Positions 61,922 through 64,000 of a DNA stretch of 64,000 nucleotides are shown in pieces. Below the pieces are notes generated by a model. That model made no database searches. It was given only the letters and a program-made list of their open reading frames with translations, and was not told the DNA's origin. This DNA is from an uncultured Chloroflexia bacterium (GTDB lineage: Bacteria; Chloroflexota; Anaerolineae; CG2-30-64-16). How positions within the stretch are numbered: the stretch's first letter is position 1; every line of letters begins with the position of its first letter. A program made the translations under genes and the position numbers. Where the stretch lies: the NCBI GenBank assembly GCA_963774265.1, contig CAVZDU010000005.1, positions 1 to 64,000 of the forward strand, given 5' to 3'.

Positions 61922-64000
61922 ATGAAAGCGGTTGTGATGGCCGGCGGAGAGGGCTCGCGTCTCCGCCCTCTGACGTTAACGCGTCCCAAACCGATGTTGC
62001 CGGTGGTCAATCGTCCGGTCCTCGGCCATATCCTCCACCTGCTCAAGCAACACAACATCACTGACGTGATCCTGACCGTCCAGTACCTGGCCGCGCAAAT
62101 CCAGGATTATTTCGGCGATGGACGGTCGTTCGGCATGAACATCGAGTATGTCGTGGAGGAGTCTCCTCTCGGCACAGCCGGCAGCGTGCGCAACGCGGCC
62201 GACCGCCTGTGCACAGATGAGTCGCTCCTGGTGATCAGCGGAGACGCCCTCACCGATTTCGACCTGACCCAGCTTGCTGTGATTCATCGACAGCGCGGGG
62301 CAGCTATGACGATGGCGTTGACGCACGTGCCCAACCCCCTCGAATACGGCGTGATCAACACCGAAGATGATGGACGCGTCCTCCAGTACCTGGAAAAGCC
62401 AAGCTGGGCCGAGGTGACCTCTGACACGGTCAACACCGGCATCTATGTGATTGAGCATGAGGCGTTGGAGGGCATTCCAGCGAATGTGCGATTGGACTGG
62501 AGCCAAGACGTGTTTCCCGGCATGCTCAGGACAGGCTCACCCTTGTACGGCCATGTAGCGGAGGGCTATTGGTGTGACATCGGCACGCTGTCGGAATATC
62601 AGAGGGCCAGCGCCGACCTGCTCAACGGCAGGTTGAATTTGGGTGACCTGGGGGAGCGGATCGGGCCGGATATCTGGGCCGGGGGGCCGGTGACCATCGA
62701 GCCGGACGCGCAACTCATCGGGCCGGTCTACCTTGGCGAAGAGGTAAAGATCATGCGCGGCGTCGTCGTGGCAGGCCCCTCGGTGGTTCGCGACTACACT
62801 ATCCTGGACAACCGGGCGCGCGTCCATCACAGCATTATCTGGCGCAACTGCTACATCGGCGAGGGAGTGACTTTGCACGGTGCGGTGATTGGCCGGCAGT
62901 GCAGCCTGAAGTCGCGTGCGACGGTGTTTGAAGGTGCGGTGGTGGGTGACGGCACAGTGGTCGGCGAAGATGCGATCATCCAGGCCGGCGTCAAGGTGTG
63001 GCCGAACAAGGAAGTCGAGAACGGGGCCAAGATCAATCACAGCGTGATCTGGGGATCGCAGGGCCGCAAGGTGCTGTTCGGCCGTTACGGCGTCACGGGT
63101 GTGGTAAACGTTGACCTGACCCCGGATTTTGTCGCGCGGCTGGGTGCGGCTTTCGGATCTGTGTTGCCCAAGGGGAGCACGGTGACTATTAATCGCGACC
63201 CTCACCGCAGCCCACGCATGATCAAGCGTGCGCTGATTTCAGGCCTTCCTTCCGCGGGCAACAATGTCATGGACCTGCGCAGCTTGCCGATCCCCGTAGC
63301 CCGGTACTACACCCGCAAGATTGGGGCGGCCGGCGGTGTCCATGTGCGCCTCTCGCCTTACGACCCCCGTGTTGTAGACATACGTTTCATGGGCACCGAC
63401 GGGCTGAACCTGACGCGCGAGCAGGAACGTGCCATCGAACGTGTTTTCTTTCGGGAAGACTACCGGCGAGTTTACCTGGATGATATCGGCAATATCGATT
63501 ATGCAGTCGATGCTGTGGATGTTTATGCGAAGGGCTATTTGCAGTCGTTGGACGTGGCAGCCATCCAGGGCGCCGGTTTCAAGATTGTGGTGGACTATGC
63601 CCATGCGCCAGCTGCCGAGGTATTGCCCGATCTGCTGAACCGGCTTTCGGTCGGCGTGACGCCTCTGAACGGGGTTGTCGATGCCGCCAGGCTTTCAGTA
63701 GCCCAGGACGAACTCCGTGCTGGCCGGGCGCAAATGGCGCGCATCGTGCAGGCATTGGACGCCGTTTCGCTCGGTGTACGGTTGGATGTAGGTGGCGAAA
63801 AGCTGTTTGTGGCCGACGACACCGGGGCCGACGTGCCGGATCGCGTGATGGCAGCCGCCATGGCCGCTCTGGTCTTTCGCGACTATCCGGGCTGCACCGT
63901 TGCTGTGACGGTCGATCAGCCCCAAGTGTATGAGCAGCTAGCCCAGCAGTATGGTGGGCAGATACACTGGACGCAGGTCGATCTACAGGCACTTATGTCC
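61922..64000 (+). CDS. Bifunctional mannose-1-phosphate guanylyltransferase / phosphomannomutase-like fusion, 3' partial
   Basis: [37 protein letters not shown], LbH hexapeptides, then LFGRYGVTG and a PGM/PMM domain; open to the window end, so missing from the ORF track. Confidence 0.9.
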   Translation, partial: MKAVVMAGGEGSRLRPLTLTRPKPMLPVVNRPVLGHILHLLKQHNITDVILTVQYLAAQIQDYFGDGRSFGMNIEYVVEESPLGTAGSVRNAADRLCTDESLLVISGDALTDFDLTQLAVIHRQRGAAMTMALTHVPNPLEYGVINTEDDGRVLQYLEKPSWAEVTSDTVNTGIYVIEHEALEGIPANVRLDWSQDVFPGMLRTGSPLYGHVAEGYWCDIGTLSEYQRASADLLNGRLNLGDLGERIGPDIWAGGPVTIEPDAQLIGPVYLGEEVKIMRGVVVAGPSVVRDYTILDNRARVHHSIIWRNCYIGEGVTLHGAVIGRQCSLKSRATVFEGAVVGDGTVVGEDAIIQAGVKVWPNKEVENGAKINHSVIWGSQGRKVLFGRYGVTGVVNVDLTPDFVARLGAAFGSVLPKGSTVTINRDPHRSPRMIKRALISGLPSAGNNVMDLRSLPIPVARYYTRKIGAAGGVHVRLSPYDPRVVDIRFMGTDGLNLTREQERAIERVFFREDYRRVYLDDIGNIDYAVDAVDVYAKGYLQSLDVAAIQGAGFKIVVDYAHAPAAEVLPDLLNRLSVGVTPLNGVVDAARLSVAQDELRAGRAQMARIVQALDAVSLGVRLDVGGEKLFVADDTGADVPDRVMAAAMAALVFRDYPGCTVAVTVDQPQVYEQLAQQYGGQIHWTQVDLQALMS

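Overview
The window looks like two unrelated genome fragments joined at about 9795. Bases 1-~9795 are moderate GC and dense in single-base indels. They carry Zixibacteria/FCB-style genes: a dockerin-bearing beta-propeller protein, an S46 dipeptidyl peptidase, a large secreted protein with a FlgD-Ig/T9SS-like C-terminal domain, ArsR, and a truncated RAYT with REP hairpins. Bases ~9795-64000 are high GC and Chloroflexota (Anaerolineae/Caldilineae)-like. This part holds a TPR protein, htpG, a Cys/Met PLP lyase, an OmpR-histidine kinase operon, a ~40 kb cell-surface island, a putative LexA-controlled FtsK-domain operon, holA, mutS2 and a partial mannose-1-phosphate guanylyltransferase/phosphomannomutase fusion. 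The most interesting part is inside the surface island. An unannotated 42-aa RiPP-like precursor (YxxP leader) sits directly behind a PqqD/RRE and an HprK-like kinase. The same minus-strand run encodes two PorU-like C25 peptidases, proteins with VTLxxFxA / WxTxxExxxxGFxLxR motifs, a sortase and a DUF2723 glycosyltransferase. Together these suggest an uncharacterised peptide-modification/surface-anchoring system. Many frameshifts are probably sequencing errors. All family calls come from motif recognition by eye, not database searches.
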